Positions 1 through 13,870 of a stretch of 64,000 nucleotides of DNA are shown here, piece by piece (position 1 is the first letter of the stretch; every line of letters begins with the position of its first letter). The position numbers and the translations under genes were made by a program. This DNA comes from Paraphysomonas bandaiensis. Lineage: Eukaryota > Protista > Chrysophyceae. Below the pieces are notes generated by a model, which saw nothing but the letters and a program-made list of their open reading frames with translations, did not search any database and was not told the origin of the DNA. The stretch is from NCBI GenBank assembly GCA_965644295.1, contig CBFFRP010000053.1, positions 25,826 to 89,825 on the forward strand, given 5' to 3'.

Positions 1-3000
1 TTATATTGACTACCTCGGACAAGTCCATGGCGGATTGCCATTTGAAATTCAACCGTCAGTCAGAATAATAGACAGAGGGGGAAATACGATTAACAGTATT
101 AATACTGGTACAGTTGTAGTTGAACTAGTAAGACAGCCTGAATATGTGCAAACGCAATTGCTGCCAGCATCTAATTTGAATGCTGCATTTGAGGGCGGTG
201 TCGCAACATTTTCAGGGCTCTATATCAACGAAGCAGGCACTTCATATCAAATGGGATTCTCGACTGATATGGTGAGTTTGCTGCCTATCTATAATTTTGT
301 TGAATCGTTTAGTACCTTCTTCATCTAATTATTTTAGTGATGTACTCAAGTAACACACCTGATGCTAACACTAGGATCTTTGATCCTTTCTATCTTCATG
401 TGATGCTAATATAACTTACACAGGTATTAAATGGCACAAATACGGTTTATTCAGGAAATTTTACTGTAGCTGTGGGTGCTCCAGCTATGCTAACATTTGT
501 GGGCGATTTCGCTGCAGAACCTATTCAATCTGGAGAATTTTTTCCTAACCCCCCTATACTTCAAATAAGGGACGCTGGTGGAAATATGCTTGTCTTGGAC
601 AGTTGGTCGAAAGTACGAGTTAGTATAGAGGATAATGCAGCCAATAGTGTTCTAGCCCCTGTGGAACATACTACTACAATTGCTGATCGAGGTGTTGTTC
701 GTTTTTCAGCTATACGACTCGTAGGAGGCTATGCGACGGACTTTCGGTTGAAGTTTTCGTTATACAAATTCAATGCATTTACACTCAAGCATGATGTCAC
801 ACCTGTTGCAGAGGTTGTATCGGGTTTATTTGAAGTTGCATTAGGGCGACCCAGAAAAGTGTCTTCTGTTAAGCCGAGTGACTACTCGTGGGCTGGTAAT
901 CAACCTTTCGACCAACAGCCTGTTTTAGCACTGATGGACTACTCCAACAACGTGATAAAGGTAGATTCAAAAAGCAATATGACAGCCAATATTGTCTCGT
1001 CACTATCGGCGAATTTTAAACGACTGGTGGTTGATACTTCGAATGCAAATGCAACTGAAGTATTATCTGTGGAAGTCGATCTGTTAAACGGCACCTATGG
1101 AGCTGGCGAGCAGATTGATGTATACGTGGAATTCGAGTATGAAGTTTGGGTCAGCTTGTTTAATGTGTCGCTGCCTTTGGAGAACTCATCGCTGCCTTAC
1201 ATAACCCTTAACATCAATACAACAAGTGGATATGCTACTGCATCGCTCAATACTAAGTTCTCTTACGAGAAAACACGCTTCCTTGTTTTTACTTACATAG
1301 TACAGCCGATGGATGCAACTTTGTATGAATTGGGCCCGCTAAACACGTCAACGGCCTTTGTTGTCGTGACAAGTGACACTAGCATTATTGATGGCAATGG
1401 AAATACTGTAGTCGGCGAGCTCCCTTCTAGTCGTCCTGATTTTGGGAAACAAATCTATATTGATACCTCAACTCCTTATGTCGTTGGTCTTGAAAGTGAC
1501 ACGAGTAGCGGTGAATATGGATCAGGAGAAGAAATTTTTATACGTGTGACCTACAACTTCCCTGTTTATGTTACAGGAAGTCCATATTTGACTTTGGCGA
1601 TAACGAACAAATCTAACCCCGTGCAGGACACAACCCGTGACATACCATACTATGATCTCGATGATGACGATTACAGCGTTCTATTTTTGTACACTGTTGG
1701 TTTGGAGGATGACACAGTAGATCTCCAGCTTGCTAATAGCTCGATTCAAGTCGCATATGACAATGTATCCCAAATTTTGCGGCGATCAACATTTCCTATT
1801 ACACCTGTCAATTTTACTTTAAGTCCTCAACATATATCTGCCTTCGACAGTAACTATGATATTGTGATAGATACCACAGCTCCTAGATTAAATACGACCT
1901 ATGGACTGCAAACTACCACCCAGGACGGATGGTATTATCCTGGGGACGTAATCGATTTATCTATTTCGTTTGATAAAGAAGTTGCCCTTGGTCCAGGTAT
2001 TAGTATTGCTTTACTGCTTGATGTTGGAGGTACGAAGCAGGTTGGATCGGCGACTATTACAATGTTGGGGAGTGACAATAAAACTCTATATTTTGAATAT
2101 GTAGTTACTGAAGGTACAAATACGAGTGCATTGGATATTTTTCCTATCGATACAATGGCTATTCATGAATTTGGAGACAGAAACTACATACGGAGAAGGT
2201 CCACTATTCCGACCAAAGATGCCAATTTGAGCACGGCTGACATTGCCATACATCATGGTAATTCGCTTACTGGAAATCACGCGATTGGAGTGTTTGGTTT
2301 TCCTCCAGTCGTCACTGATGTTTCAGCTTATGCTCTCAATTCTACCGGTCAGAGTGTCATTACTATATATCCTGGTGACACAGTCTGGGTCAATATCACT
2401 TTCAATGCACCTGTTGTAGCCACCTGTGATCCTGTACTTGTCATTCAAACTACTACAACATTTCGAAATGCGGCACTTGTTGATGGTAATGAAACTTCAC
2501 GCTTGACATTTGCTTACATAGGCGAGTTGGGCGATGAAAGTCCCACTGGCTTTTATTATCGTCATCTCCCAAATGCCCTGTGCTCGGAAGAGACCTGTAG
2601 TGCCAATGCAAACCCATCATGTAAAATATATGCACACTCTATGGATCCATCAGTGGAGATCAAATATATTATGCCGTGGAGGGGTAGAAACAAGAAACTT
2701 GGTATGAGAGTTACTTCTGATATCGTTATTTCACCTTCCCACTCTATGGGAAATGAAAGAAATACAAGCGTTGTGTCTGCAGCAATTTTGCATAATGATG
2801 GAGAAGTTGGCACTGGAACACCAATTTATCTATCTCTGACATTCACAGATGACGTTTTTGTGACATCGAAAAAACCTTATTTGTATCTTAATACAGGACG
2901 TTTTGTGAACTATTTTGGAGGCAGTGGTACCAAAACTTTGTCGTTCTTGTATTACGTTAATGATGGGGATGATGTGAATCATTTAGATGTTGCGAACGTT

Positions 3001-6000
3001 CCTGGTACGTCCTCTACCGTGGCATGTAACAACACATGCTCACTAGTGAACCGACTTGGGGAGATCGTTAATACCACAACAATTGGAATAGCTGTCAGCG
3101 AAAATGTTTCTATTGATACCTCACAGCCTGTGGTGGTTGATGTGTGGTCAAATTCTACAACTTCACCATACGACTCGTGGTATGCTGCGGGACAGTCTAT
3201 CTTTATCTTTGTTGAATTCGACAAGCCAGTATATGTTACAACCGATGCAATTGCCCCTCAGCTTAGAATGCAGCTTAACACGAATGAAAATAGGTATGCA
3301 TTGTTCTCACGTGAGAATAGTTCCGATTTTGTGTTGGCATTTGAGCTCATCGTTGAATATGGTGATTATACTGAGAATCTGGAGTACGATGGTGTGGATG
3401 CTTTGGTTACTCCCCATGCACTGTCTAAAATTTTTCGAGCCGCTCCCTATGTGCATACGGAAGTGAACTATACGTTGCCTGCGCCTGTCCCATTAGCACC
3501 TGGGGGTCACACTATTTCCATTAACGCTAGCACTGTGCCCTCTGTAGTGGAAGTTACGTCCACATCACCCGATGGTCGGTATGCTACTGGAGATGTAATT
3601 GATATTTATGTCCACTTCACACACTATGTTGTGGTAGAGGGAAACCCGTATATAAATTTAAATTTTGGAGATCACGTTGGTCGGGCCTACTACTCAACTC
3701 GAGATGGAACTGATGCATCTAAAGATATTCTATTTCAATACACGGTTGCAAGTGGAGATTATTCTCATGACTTAGACTATGTGGATGTTTTTTCCCTTCG
3801 TCGAGCGTATACACCAGTAGCCGACTTGGGAAGCATTTTGCAGGCCTCTACTAATCCTATAGTAAATTCATCGCTTACACTGCCTAAGCAGGGCACGGAA
3901 GGTTCACTGTCTTTTAATTCTGATATTATTGTTGATGGCCGCCAGCCTTACATGACGAGTTTGTCATTTGTAAACCCTGCTGAAACGATTTACGAAGTTA
4001 GAGACGTCATTCAAATTGAAATGAACTTTTCCGCGCCTGTGTTTGTGGAAGGAACTCCATATATTGTTCTTGAGACAGGAACGCATAACAGGTTTGCCTA
4101 TTATGTGTCAGGCACGAACTCGTCATCGTTGTTGTTTGAGTATGCCCCACAACCTGGTGATATGACCAATAAGCTAGACTACGCTTTTGACCGTGTAGCG
4201 ATTCGTTCGTGTGCTGAATCTTTCAATGTGAGGGGTGAAGATGGAAAAGGTGCAATATTAGCTCACTCTGAGAATCCTACTCAAGAAGCCCATATTCACT
4301 TAAATCCTCTTCGTGGTGTCTTGATGGGCACTACTACTGTCCCTGCTCTGAGTGGAATATATTACTATTCTAATCTTACTCTGAATAAGCAAGGACCAGA
4401 CTATGAAATTCGCTATACCTCGACTCCAGAAGCTGAAAACCACACCGTGTTGTCAACAACTGAACCACTTTTCAATTCATTCTCGAATGAATATGAATTG
4501 CGACCAATGGCCATGGAGTCTGGAGATCGAGTTGGATGGTCAGTTGCGACTGATGGGGAAGTATCTGTACTTGGTGCGCCTTTCACCAATTTGATTGTAA
4601 AAGATGTACAAACAGTTACAACAGGAGTTAGTCACGGGACAAAACTCTCGGCAGTTCAAGAAGTACAGCTGCTTCGAGTGGAGGTGGATCGTGCCCCTGA
4701 GATTCAGAGTTTCTATACCACTGCGGACGTGTACCAGACTGTAGATGGAACATTTACCATAAATTACGGCTTACTAGGTCCAACGAGACCGATCCCTGCC
4801 AACGCTAATGCTGAAATGATAGAAGTGGCGTTGATGACAGATATACCCAAACTTGGAGTTGTGTCGGTGTCTCGGATTCCCTATATATACTGCGCCTGTT
4901 ATAATGCCTTCACCTGGAACATAACGTTCCATGACTTAGATAGAGGCGTCGTCCACCCATTGGTTTTTGATGGCTCAGGATTAACTGGAGGAGGGGTGGC
5001 AATTCATGGCCCAACAACAGTGCAAAACTCATCATATATTGGTGGAACATTTACGCTGTTATCTGACGACGACAAGGAAACTGATCCAATTTCTTTTGAC
5101 GTTGACGATGATGGTCTGATTGAAGCATTGGCAAGCATAGATATTGAAGCTGTTGAGGTTCAAATCAGCCCGACGAACACTGCGGGTAGTCGAACTTGGA
5201 CAATCACGTTCGGCGCGGTTAATGGTTCATATGAGATACCTACATTGAGAAGTAATGCCAGTGGAATAACTGGTGGTGAGGCAACAGTATGGCATACAAC
5301 TGCCAGACCAGGCCGACATGGACCACCGACTGATGATAGTATCAGTGGTATATCGGGATATTTTATGCTTGAGTGGAGAGGAAATGTTACGGATAAGATA
5401 ATGTATAATGCGAGTGCAGATTTTATGGAATCTGCTTTAGAAGCACTCCCGAATATAGAAGATGTCTCTGTTGAACGAATGGTTTCTTCCGATAAAGTAG
5501 GATATACTTGGAAGATTACTCTGAATCGAGTGTACTATAACACTCCACGAGGATACGAACTTGATGACCACGGACCTTTTGATGCTATAATTGCTCATAA
5601 TCATCTCATTGGAACTAACACCTCCATTACCATTGGGAGTAAAAGTAACAGTGTGGTTAGGCTCTATGGTGAGGAGGTGCGTGGGCTTTATGGTAATCAA
5701 TCCGGTGCTGTTTATGTGTTCCAACGAGAGATAGATGATGCCGACTGTTGGATTGAAACTAGTACAATTACTGCAAATGACACAGATTCGTCAGATCAAT
5801 TTGGCAGCAGTGTGTCTATTTACGGTGACTATATCGCAATAGGTGCTGTAGGAGCAGAAACTATTGGTGTCCCTGAAATTCAATCAATATTTTGCTCTGC
5901 GGAAGCAGGTTTCTTTCAATTGGGGTTTCGTGGATGGACAACAAGTGCTATTCCGCATAATGTCACTCGAGATGATTTGATTTATGCCATCCAAGGCGAT

Positions 6001-9000
6001 ATCGGATCTATGCACTCCATTTCTATTGCTGATTGGGGTGTTGGTGGGTTGTGTGACAACAACACTGCTGTTATTACATTTCATTCTCCAACCGATGGTC
6101 ACGCTGTTATGTTTGGCGAGGACACCGGAGCTGATCTAGAACTGCTTGAGGTGACCGCCCAATCATTAACCAATTCAACTGGCAATGCTGGTACAATTGA
6201 AATCAATGAAATTCAAGCTGGAACTCGAAGTGCTCATGGGGAAAATGCTGATGGATTGCAGACTGGATCGGCCTACGTGTTCAGGGCGGTCGCGGATTGC
6301 TATGATTACGAACTTGTCCAGTTTTGCAATCGTAAGAAATGGGTTCAAGAAGCTCAATTCTTTCCGACGGAGCCACTTGGACACGAGAAGTTTGGTGCGT
6401 CCATATCTGCTTATGCAGACAGGATTGCTGTTGGTGCACCTGGAACCCTTGGAGGCGAAGGAGCTGTCTATGTCTACGAATACAAGTACGACATAGATTC
6501 GTGGTTTCGCGTTGGAAAATACACAGCCAGCGTATGGGTTCCTGAGTTGAACGACGAATTTGGATATGACGTTGCATTGCTGGATGATACACTCGTTGTT
6601 GGTACTCCTGGAAGGAATAATAATACTGGTATCGTATTTATATTTCGCTATGCTAGAGGAGTATTTGTAGCCACTCAAGAGTTATATCTTCCGCCTGATT
6701 TGTATCGCACTGAAGAAGGAGATCGCTTTGGATGTAGTGTTGCCATAGATGGGGACCTCATTGTTGTTGGTGCCTGTGGATATGATGATTCGACAATATA
6801 TCTTGGTCAGAATCCGAGTAAAGTCGAACCAGATACAGGTGCTGCATTCGTCTTCAGGCGAGAGAGTAAGGCAACTGATTTTGAATTTGACCAGCAGCTA
6901 ATACCGTCCAACGTTCGTCGTTTGGACAGGTTTGGACATGATGTCTCAATTCATAAAAACACTATTGTCGTCAGTGCTGTGGAAAATATGTTGGAAGGTC
7001 TCGTGCCGTCTCGACCGATCATGGAAGTCAAAACTAGTGCGGACTACAATCAAGAACCGTGTGGCAATTATTTTCAATTAAAATGGGTCAGTACTAATGA
7101 AACTGGCGAATGGGAACAGCGAACAACCCGATTAATTAAGAAAGATGCGTCAGATCTAGAGTTGCGGCTTATCCTGGAGGAAGATTTAGGAACCGGACCA
7201 CTTAGTGTTGTACGCTCTTTCAAGGATATATATGATGGTGGGTACGTCTGGACAGTAACGTTCCTTAGTGAATCGGTAAACGATGTGGCTCCTTTGGAAC
7301 CTGTAAATGATGGAACATTAACAGGAACGAACGCTAAAGTAACCGTCACAGTTATTAACGACACTCCCCCAATTAAGCGTGGGAATGCTCACATTTTTAC
7401 ACGGGAGAGTCCACGTGACATAGATTTTGAGGAGCAGGTTTATTTGTTTCCATTTAAGTATCAGCGTATTGATCGTTGTGGATGGGCTGTGTCGATTCGA
7501 GATGATTATGTGCTCATGGGTTGTCCAAACCGAGACTTCTTCATACCAAATCAAAACAGTGGAGCAGGGTATATGTTCAAGTTAGACTTTTTGAATCTAG
7601 AATTTGCGGATTTTGAGCCAACGGTTGTGGAAGGTAACGAATTAGGTATAGAAGTGGTACCCAATGAGCGTGAATCAATGGTTGATGATGTGCTGTACTT
7701 CATTGCCACGCTTGATCGAAATGCCTTTTCTCGTCGACAGACGCTCATTTCTAACCTCTACGGATTGCAGAAACGAAAAGAAGTATTTGAATTCGGGAGA
7801 ACAGCAGTTGATATTTCAGACACAGCTGGTACTGCTATGGCTCGATCCCAGTATTATGGATCCACACAACGAGAGCATGTGTGGGTTGATGGTGTGTATG
7901 ACTTCAGAGGGCTATCTGATTATGTTCCAATCGACGTGCCACGTGCCTATTTGCTGGAATATTCAAACGACACCGAATACGTTACAACAACTCCAGATAC
8001 AATACTTGAAAATTTGGACGAGACATTTACAATGATTCTGCACGCTCCAGGCTATTGGCCGAGTATTCTCGGCAGACTCACATCTTTGGCTACCATTGAG
8101 GACGATTGGGATGGGTACGTTGATGTGAATGGTACGACGTATTTTCAATACGACAAACTGTACGGTGATGTTGATGTTGATGGATGTGAAATCGGCATAT
8201 CTATGGATATCGAGAGCGATATTGATGTGGTTGTCAGTGGTTGCCCTCGCAGTACTGTTGATGGAGTGGAGAATGCTGGTAGTGTGTTCTTATACAAACA
8301 GGTACTTGGGCACTGGGCAAGGTTGGCAACGATTGTTTCGCCATCACCATATGAGGGTGGGTTATTTGGAGATGCGGTTGCCATAGACACGGCATACGGG
8401 CGGAATACCTCCACAGTAGTGGTCGGTGAACCTGGTATATTTGCGGCTCATGTATTTGTATCGTCACACCCAAATACTAATTGGACATACGATACGAATC
8501 TTACCGTCGATGTTGAGTTAGTTGTTCAACACAGGTTCGCTGTACAAGGAACTCTTGATTTGTATGGTGATATTGTGTTGATCGGTGCACCAGGCATAGA
8601 AACGATGTTTTTGTTTACTCGCCGGTTCGATCTCAACACATCCAGTTGGGTTTGGAGCAGTGCAAAGGCTATTCAATCAGCTGATTACGATTATGATCTG
8701 GTGTTCTCTACAATTTTTCTGCATCGACAAGAATTTGGAACTTCAGTATCAATCTCGGAGAGAACCATTGCAGTCGGATCCCCTTTTGCGGATTACGATA
8801 AAATTGGTTCTGATAATATTGAAGTTGATTGGTTTACGGAGGGAACGGACATTCATGGTATGAGTCGGGGTAAGGTTTATTTGTTCACAAGTGAACCTGC
8901 TGTTCAAAATATTACCATATACTCATATCACCAAATAAGTGTTGGGACATTTAAGTTATCTCTATCGTACCGTGGAATAACTACTAATTCGAGTCAAATA

Positions 9001-11245
9001 CCTTTCAACGAAACCGCTGAAAGTCTTAAATATATCTTGGAAGAGTTAGAGAATATTGACTTAATTACTACATCCAAAGATGAAGGGCGCACGCATGATT
9101 TTGCTCAAGGTGACTACGGTTACTATTACTCCTGGCAAGTGACATTTTTATCGGAGTATCAGGACCCCCCACTTCTGGTTCCACAGTTCAATGACACCGG
9201 CTGTGAGGATTGTGAGCGTTTTGATGTGAATTACGATAACTCGTCCTTTCGTATTGTGGTTACTCAAGTACGCCAGTATGAAGACTGGAAGCGAAGCCAT
9301 GAGTTATCTGCTAGGGATCAGCGGCGGGGCGATCGGTTTGGCACTTCTGTGGTTGTTGATGGTGATACCATAGCGGTTGGTGCGGTTCATTCTGCAGCTG
9401 TTGTGACAACGACGTGGGATTTTGAGGCCGGAGTTTTGCAAGGCTGGACGACCACAGGAACTGCTTTTGATTTTCAGCCGACGTATGGTGATAACTCATA
9501 CTACCATGCTATATATCGGGAAAAAACAGATAATATATATAACAAACGCGGTCGCCCAATGCGATCGCAATTGCGTGGTAGATACTATGTGGGCACATAC
9601 GAAAAACGCCCTGGAGATTCCACCGATTATCGCGCTGCCGATCCCAATTATCCACAAGGTAATGTCCAAGGTGACAATCCTGTAGGAACCATGGAGAGCC
9701 AGGTGTTTATTATCCGAGGAGAAAAAATTTCTTTCCTTGTGGGTGGGGGGTGTGATTCGAATCTGGAGTATGTAGAACTTGTAGTGGATGGAGTGAGTGT
9801 GGCAAGAGAGACTGGACAATGTTCTGAGTCCATGAGACGCGTATATTTCGACGTCTCTTTATTTCATTTGCGCTCTGCATATATTAAAGTAGTTGATGCA
9901 GGTCGTGGTCCGTGGGGACATATTAGCGTTGATGACTTCCGGTTCGACTGGGACATTAAAGGGGGGCTTGTCAATGATACCATGACGGGAAATGTTCGCG
10001 ATATATTCGGAGGACAAGTGGAAACATCGCGTTCTGGAGCTGTCCATGTATTCCATCGTCATAACTCACAGTCTGCTGATGGCATGGACGTCACAAGTAA
10101 CTGTACTGGACTAAAATCTGATTGCATATGGTCTGAAGTCGCCAAGTTAACTGCGTCCGATAAGCGACCCAGTGATCGGTTTGGATCAAGTGTGGCATTG
10201 AATGAGAAGAGTGGCGTCATTGCTGTTGGTGCACCATACACTTCTCTGACTGGTTTTTATAAGGAAACTCCGAGCCTACACCCACATATAGAAGGTGATA
10301 TCAGTACTACTTACGGATTACACTTTCCTGTATTGAGTCAAAACGAAACTTTATTTATGCACAGAAATACATATACTTCACAGCCTTCTGGATCTTACGG
10401 AGTCATGTACTTGCGCAACCAGTCTGGTATTTTTCCTGATGTTAAAGCTTACGAAGAAACCGGAGCTGTTTATGTGTACACTGTCAGACATGCTGTCATC
10501 GACCACCGAGATGTTATTTCCGTATCAGATAACTGGAAAACCACAGAAACGGCCAAAATACAACCACCAGATGGATTTGCAAGAGACCACTTTGGTATCT
10601 CGGTGGTCTTAAGTGGAAGTCTTTTGGCCATCGGGTCACATGGCAACGATGGTCAAGATCTGGACACTGGGGCAATATATCTATATCGCGCTGGGTTTGC
10701 TGCTGTTTCATTTTCAGAGGTATGAGGTTTCGTGTGTATTGCGTTTCCGTGTCATTTACCATACATCTTTGTTTGGCTGTTTACAGGCTGTATTCAAAGT
10801 ATTTGAAAGCTTCGATCGTCAATATGTCACGGTTACAATTCTGCGGGATACGTCGGTTTACGATGATGTCCTTGTGCTTGAGTACTCCACGTCCGATTTA
10901 ACTGCTGAAGGTGTAGATAGTAATAAGTATGAAGAATGCCTTCGACTTCCACCTATGCAACGAGGCCCTGCGAAGTGTGGAGATTACGAACAGACATCCG
11001 GGGAAATGACTATTGCCGCTGGGGATGACAGAGGAACTTTCACGGTTGGCCTGGTGGACGATTTATGCAAAGAGAAGTTCGTCGAGTTTATTCAGGTGCT
11101 GTGAACAGTTTTAGAGAGTTAGCAGTTTTACGCATTTGTGCAGGTCACCATTTCTGTCCCCGGATCAGCGGCACTTCAAGGAGAATTAATGTCAGCGAAA
11201 ATACGAATAGATGATGATGATTTCTTTGGAGAACAATATTGTTAA
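1..11245 (+). CDS. Giant secreted/surface protein with repeated Ig-like modules, FG-GAP (integrin-alpha-like) repeats and a C-terminal Calx-beta-like domain; 5'-partial; exons <1..271, 424..10719, 10787..11095, 11144..11245
   Basis: 3417-aa ORF with many 'xFGxSVxxxGDxIxVGA' FG-GAP motifs and repeated 'GxYxxGxxIxIxVxFxxxVxVxGxPxxxL' modules. GT..AG introns at 272-423, 10720-10786 and 11096-11143 keep the frame. The last exons (YSTSDLTAEG...DYEQTSGEMTIAAG...IRIDDDD) look like Calx-beta. Confidence 0.8.
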
Positions 11246-11632
11246 TAGTGTCTTATTTCTAGCGTAGTGTAGTTGTGTGTGTTCAGTTCCTGGTTATATA
11301 TCCGTACCGTCAATAATATACGTTATAATTTACTGAAGTGATGTACTATGCGGAAATTGTTTGAAAATGATATGTTAAATATATATCCAGTGGGAAATCC
11401 TGAAATTTGGGTGAATCATGCAAATAGTGTATAGATATCGAGTAAAACAAGAATTAAGCTGGGTTGAATACCCTTTAAGGTTGTGAGATGTACGATATGC
11501 CAAGCATGGAGAGAAATATATTTTTCCAGTACATGAAGTATAAAAACTCCTCAGTAACGTACCACGATACATTTCTTGTTCAACGCATGTAAAAAACTAA
11601 GAGCATCATCTGCATTTCATACAAAGTACTAT

Positions 11633-12142
11633 ATATTGAAAGTCCTATTATTAGCAATAAGCGTTAAAAACCTGCACCAACGTTGTAGCTAGATGCATGC
11701 TAGACAAACTAGTTAGACCTCTACCTATAACTAATCAGTACACACTTTTTTTATCCTACTATTTAACGCTACGGAAGCTGCTTGTGCGTCGCCGCAAGCA
11801 CCAAGGTGCGACCACTTCCGCTCTGAGTTCTTAAGGTGAACATCCCGAATGCTTGACTTCAGCAGGCAGCCATATATCCCGGTTACCCTTCAGGTGGGCC
11901 CTGTCCCGGATGCCCTTGAGGTGGTCCCATTCCCGGATGCCTGTTTATTCGTCAGGGCCCAAAGACGTCTACACAAGTGACATTTATAGGAGTCCCTTGT
12001 ACCACACAAGCATTCGGCTATGAGTAGGAGAAGAATATCTGTTAACTATGTTTGCGGCTTACATTAGCTTCCCAGAGAGAATCTCTCCGGTACTTATCCC
12101 CCAGAACACCACGAAAAGTTGCGAGTCCGACTTTGTTAAGGG
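11633..12142 (-). mobile_element. Non-autonomous retroposon (SINE/SIDE-like) copy A, with a 5' HDV-like ribozyme head and a LINE-shared 3' tail
   Basis: Closely similar to 35507..36015 over ~510 bp. Flanked by direct repeat tacaaagtac (11620-11629 and 12143-12152). The 3' ~190 nt match the LINE ends at 13010-13200, 48600-48795 and 58638-58840. Confidence 0.85.
12055..12142 (-). ncRNA. Putative HDV-like self-cleaving ribozyme (possibly degenerate) at the 5' end of copy A
   Basis: Minus strand reads CCCTTAAC..CTCGC AAC TTTTCGT GGT GTTCTGGG GG ATAAGTA CCGGAGAG-ATT-CTCTCTGG GAAG CTAA TGTAAG. The P1/P2/P3/P4 and J4/2 CTAA order can be assigned by eye. Confidence 0.55.
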
Positions 12143-12294
12143 TACAAAGTACAATCTTGTTTTATATGTGATTAAAAATCATATTTACTACGTACAACGA
12201 GAAGCACTTTTTTCGCAAACTTGGTACCGGGTACACACAATCAACACCATTTCTCTGTTCACAACAATGACTCTCCTCCGACGAAAGAAAAACA

Positions 12295-13200
12295 CCACCT
12301 TGGAGTTCCGCCATTCTTAAGAAACTTTCCCGCAGATCCTGGAGTACCTTACTTCCGCAGGTTGAACGATTATGGACAGAAACTATCGCCGAGGCTCAAA
12401 TGGAAAGCATCTTTGGAACACAGTACAATTGCTCCCTCAATTTGCGTGGACTATACGTGCCATTGATAAAGCAGTTGTTACCCTCCTTTAACCGCTTTAC
12501 GCTGCAGCAAACAAATGCTCCAAGATCGTAGTGGGCGTTATGCTGTCAACCTAAGGGGCCACATCGATTCCTCCCTTGACCGCGTCAGCGACGTGCACAC
12601 ACACGAAGCAGAGCATGATGGAGTCGGCTGTTTTCCCCCAAAATGCGGCAATACACGATTTAAATCGAGCATCACCCAGCGGAAGCAACGGGTTCTACGC
12701 ATACTAAGTGTAAAGCGGAGACCTAACGAGCCCCTCCGGTCGTCTTCCTCTTCCACCACCCCCGCATCAGCAGAGAAGCTACGATGCCAACTCGGCTACT
12801 TCTCTGCCTCAGGCCTAACTCGCAGCTGAAGCCATTCAAAGACACGCAGCGGCCCCAACATACCCCCCTCTCCATGTATCTTACGTTAAGGACACTTGAC
12901 TCACTGCCTTCTCCATAAAGTCCTGAGGAGCCCTATCCTAAGGGGCATCCCCCTGACTGATCCTTCTGTATTTCAAGGGGACTAACATCCACAGAGAGCT
13001 TCTCCCTCACACAAGAACGGAAGTGGTTGCACCTTGGTTCTTGCGGCGACGCCCAAGCAGCTTCTGTAGCGTTACATAGTAGGATTTGAAAATTTGTGCT
13101 AGTTAGTTACAGGTAGGCGTCTATCTAGCTTGACTAGTCATCATCTAACTACTAATCTGGTGTTGGTTCTTAACGCCTACTGCAAATAATAAGAATTTCA
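12295..13200 (+). mobile_element. 5'-truncated, decayed non-LTR retrotransposon (LINE) 3' end
   Basis: C-rich decayed ORF ending EPYPKGHPPD* (~12930-12960), followed by the shared ~190-nt tail (13010-13200). Flanked by a ~52-bp direct repeat (12242-12294 and 13201-13251). Confidence 0.75.
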
Positions 13201-13599
13201 CAACACCTTTTCTCTGTTCTCAACAATGACTCTCCTCCGACGAAAAAAACATTCAAGATTTACAATTAGACCAATGTCAACAACTATCCAACTACCTAAA
13301 TAATATGACTCTTACTATCCCGATATGAGCTATTCTTCAGTATCCTGCCTGTTAAAAGGACTTCCGACTTTGTAAATGTCTACGAGCAGCCAAATTTACC
13401 GGCATCGTCAGTAAGGACGCCACAATCTATTTCTGATGATGATGGGGAAACTCTAGCGAAATAGCATCAATAACTTACAAGAAAAGTTTTTATATTAGTG
13501 GGAAAGGAGCACCTTTCCTAGCATAGACGTCCTAACACTCAACTATTATAGTTCTGACTCCCTTACATGGGTACTGCTTATAATCAGACATTCACTACA

Positions 13600-13870
13600 C
13601 TCAACCAGTGACCAGGAGTGGTCCAGGTATCTATAAGACATTTTAGGGTCAACCTTGGTACCTTGGTCAAACAAAATCACTTGTCTGGTACTCTATTACT
13701 CCGTGGTGAGACTGCTTTGTACTGAAACTTCTCCTCATCAACTTATCCAGATATTCTTTTGAGTTTCTGCGCAGCTGAGTCATGTTATCATTGAGCTCGT
13801 GCAGTCTAGCATGATCTTTTTCTGGTACTCCTTCCATTCCCATATTTCCATACTGTTTGTGAATAGATTC
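13600..13870 (-). pseudogene. Probable LTR-retrotransposon (Gypsy-like) integrase C-terminal remnant
   Basis: Broken minus-strand translation ...LHELNDNMTQLRRNSKEYLDKL...EYQTSDFV/FDQGTKVDPKMSYRY resembles the region preceding the GPY/F motif. Confidence 0.35.

Noticed and set aside
11830-11945. CRISPR-like array, or hammerhead ribozyme of a Penelope-like element
   Set aside because: The units are adjacent degenerate tandem repeats without unique spacers, there are no cas genes, and I found no CUGANGA/GAAA core with flanking stems.
11633-13200. Apparent DNA transposon with ~190-bp terminal inverted repeats
   Set aside because: The two arms are 3' tails of independent, oppositely oriented retroposon insertions, each with its own TSD.
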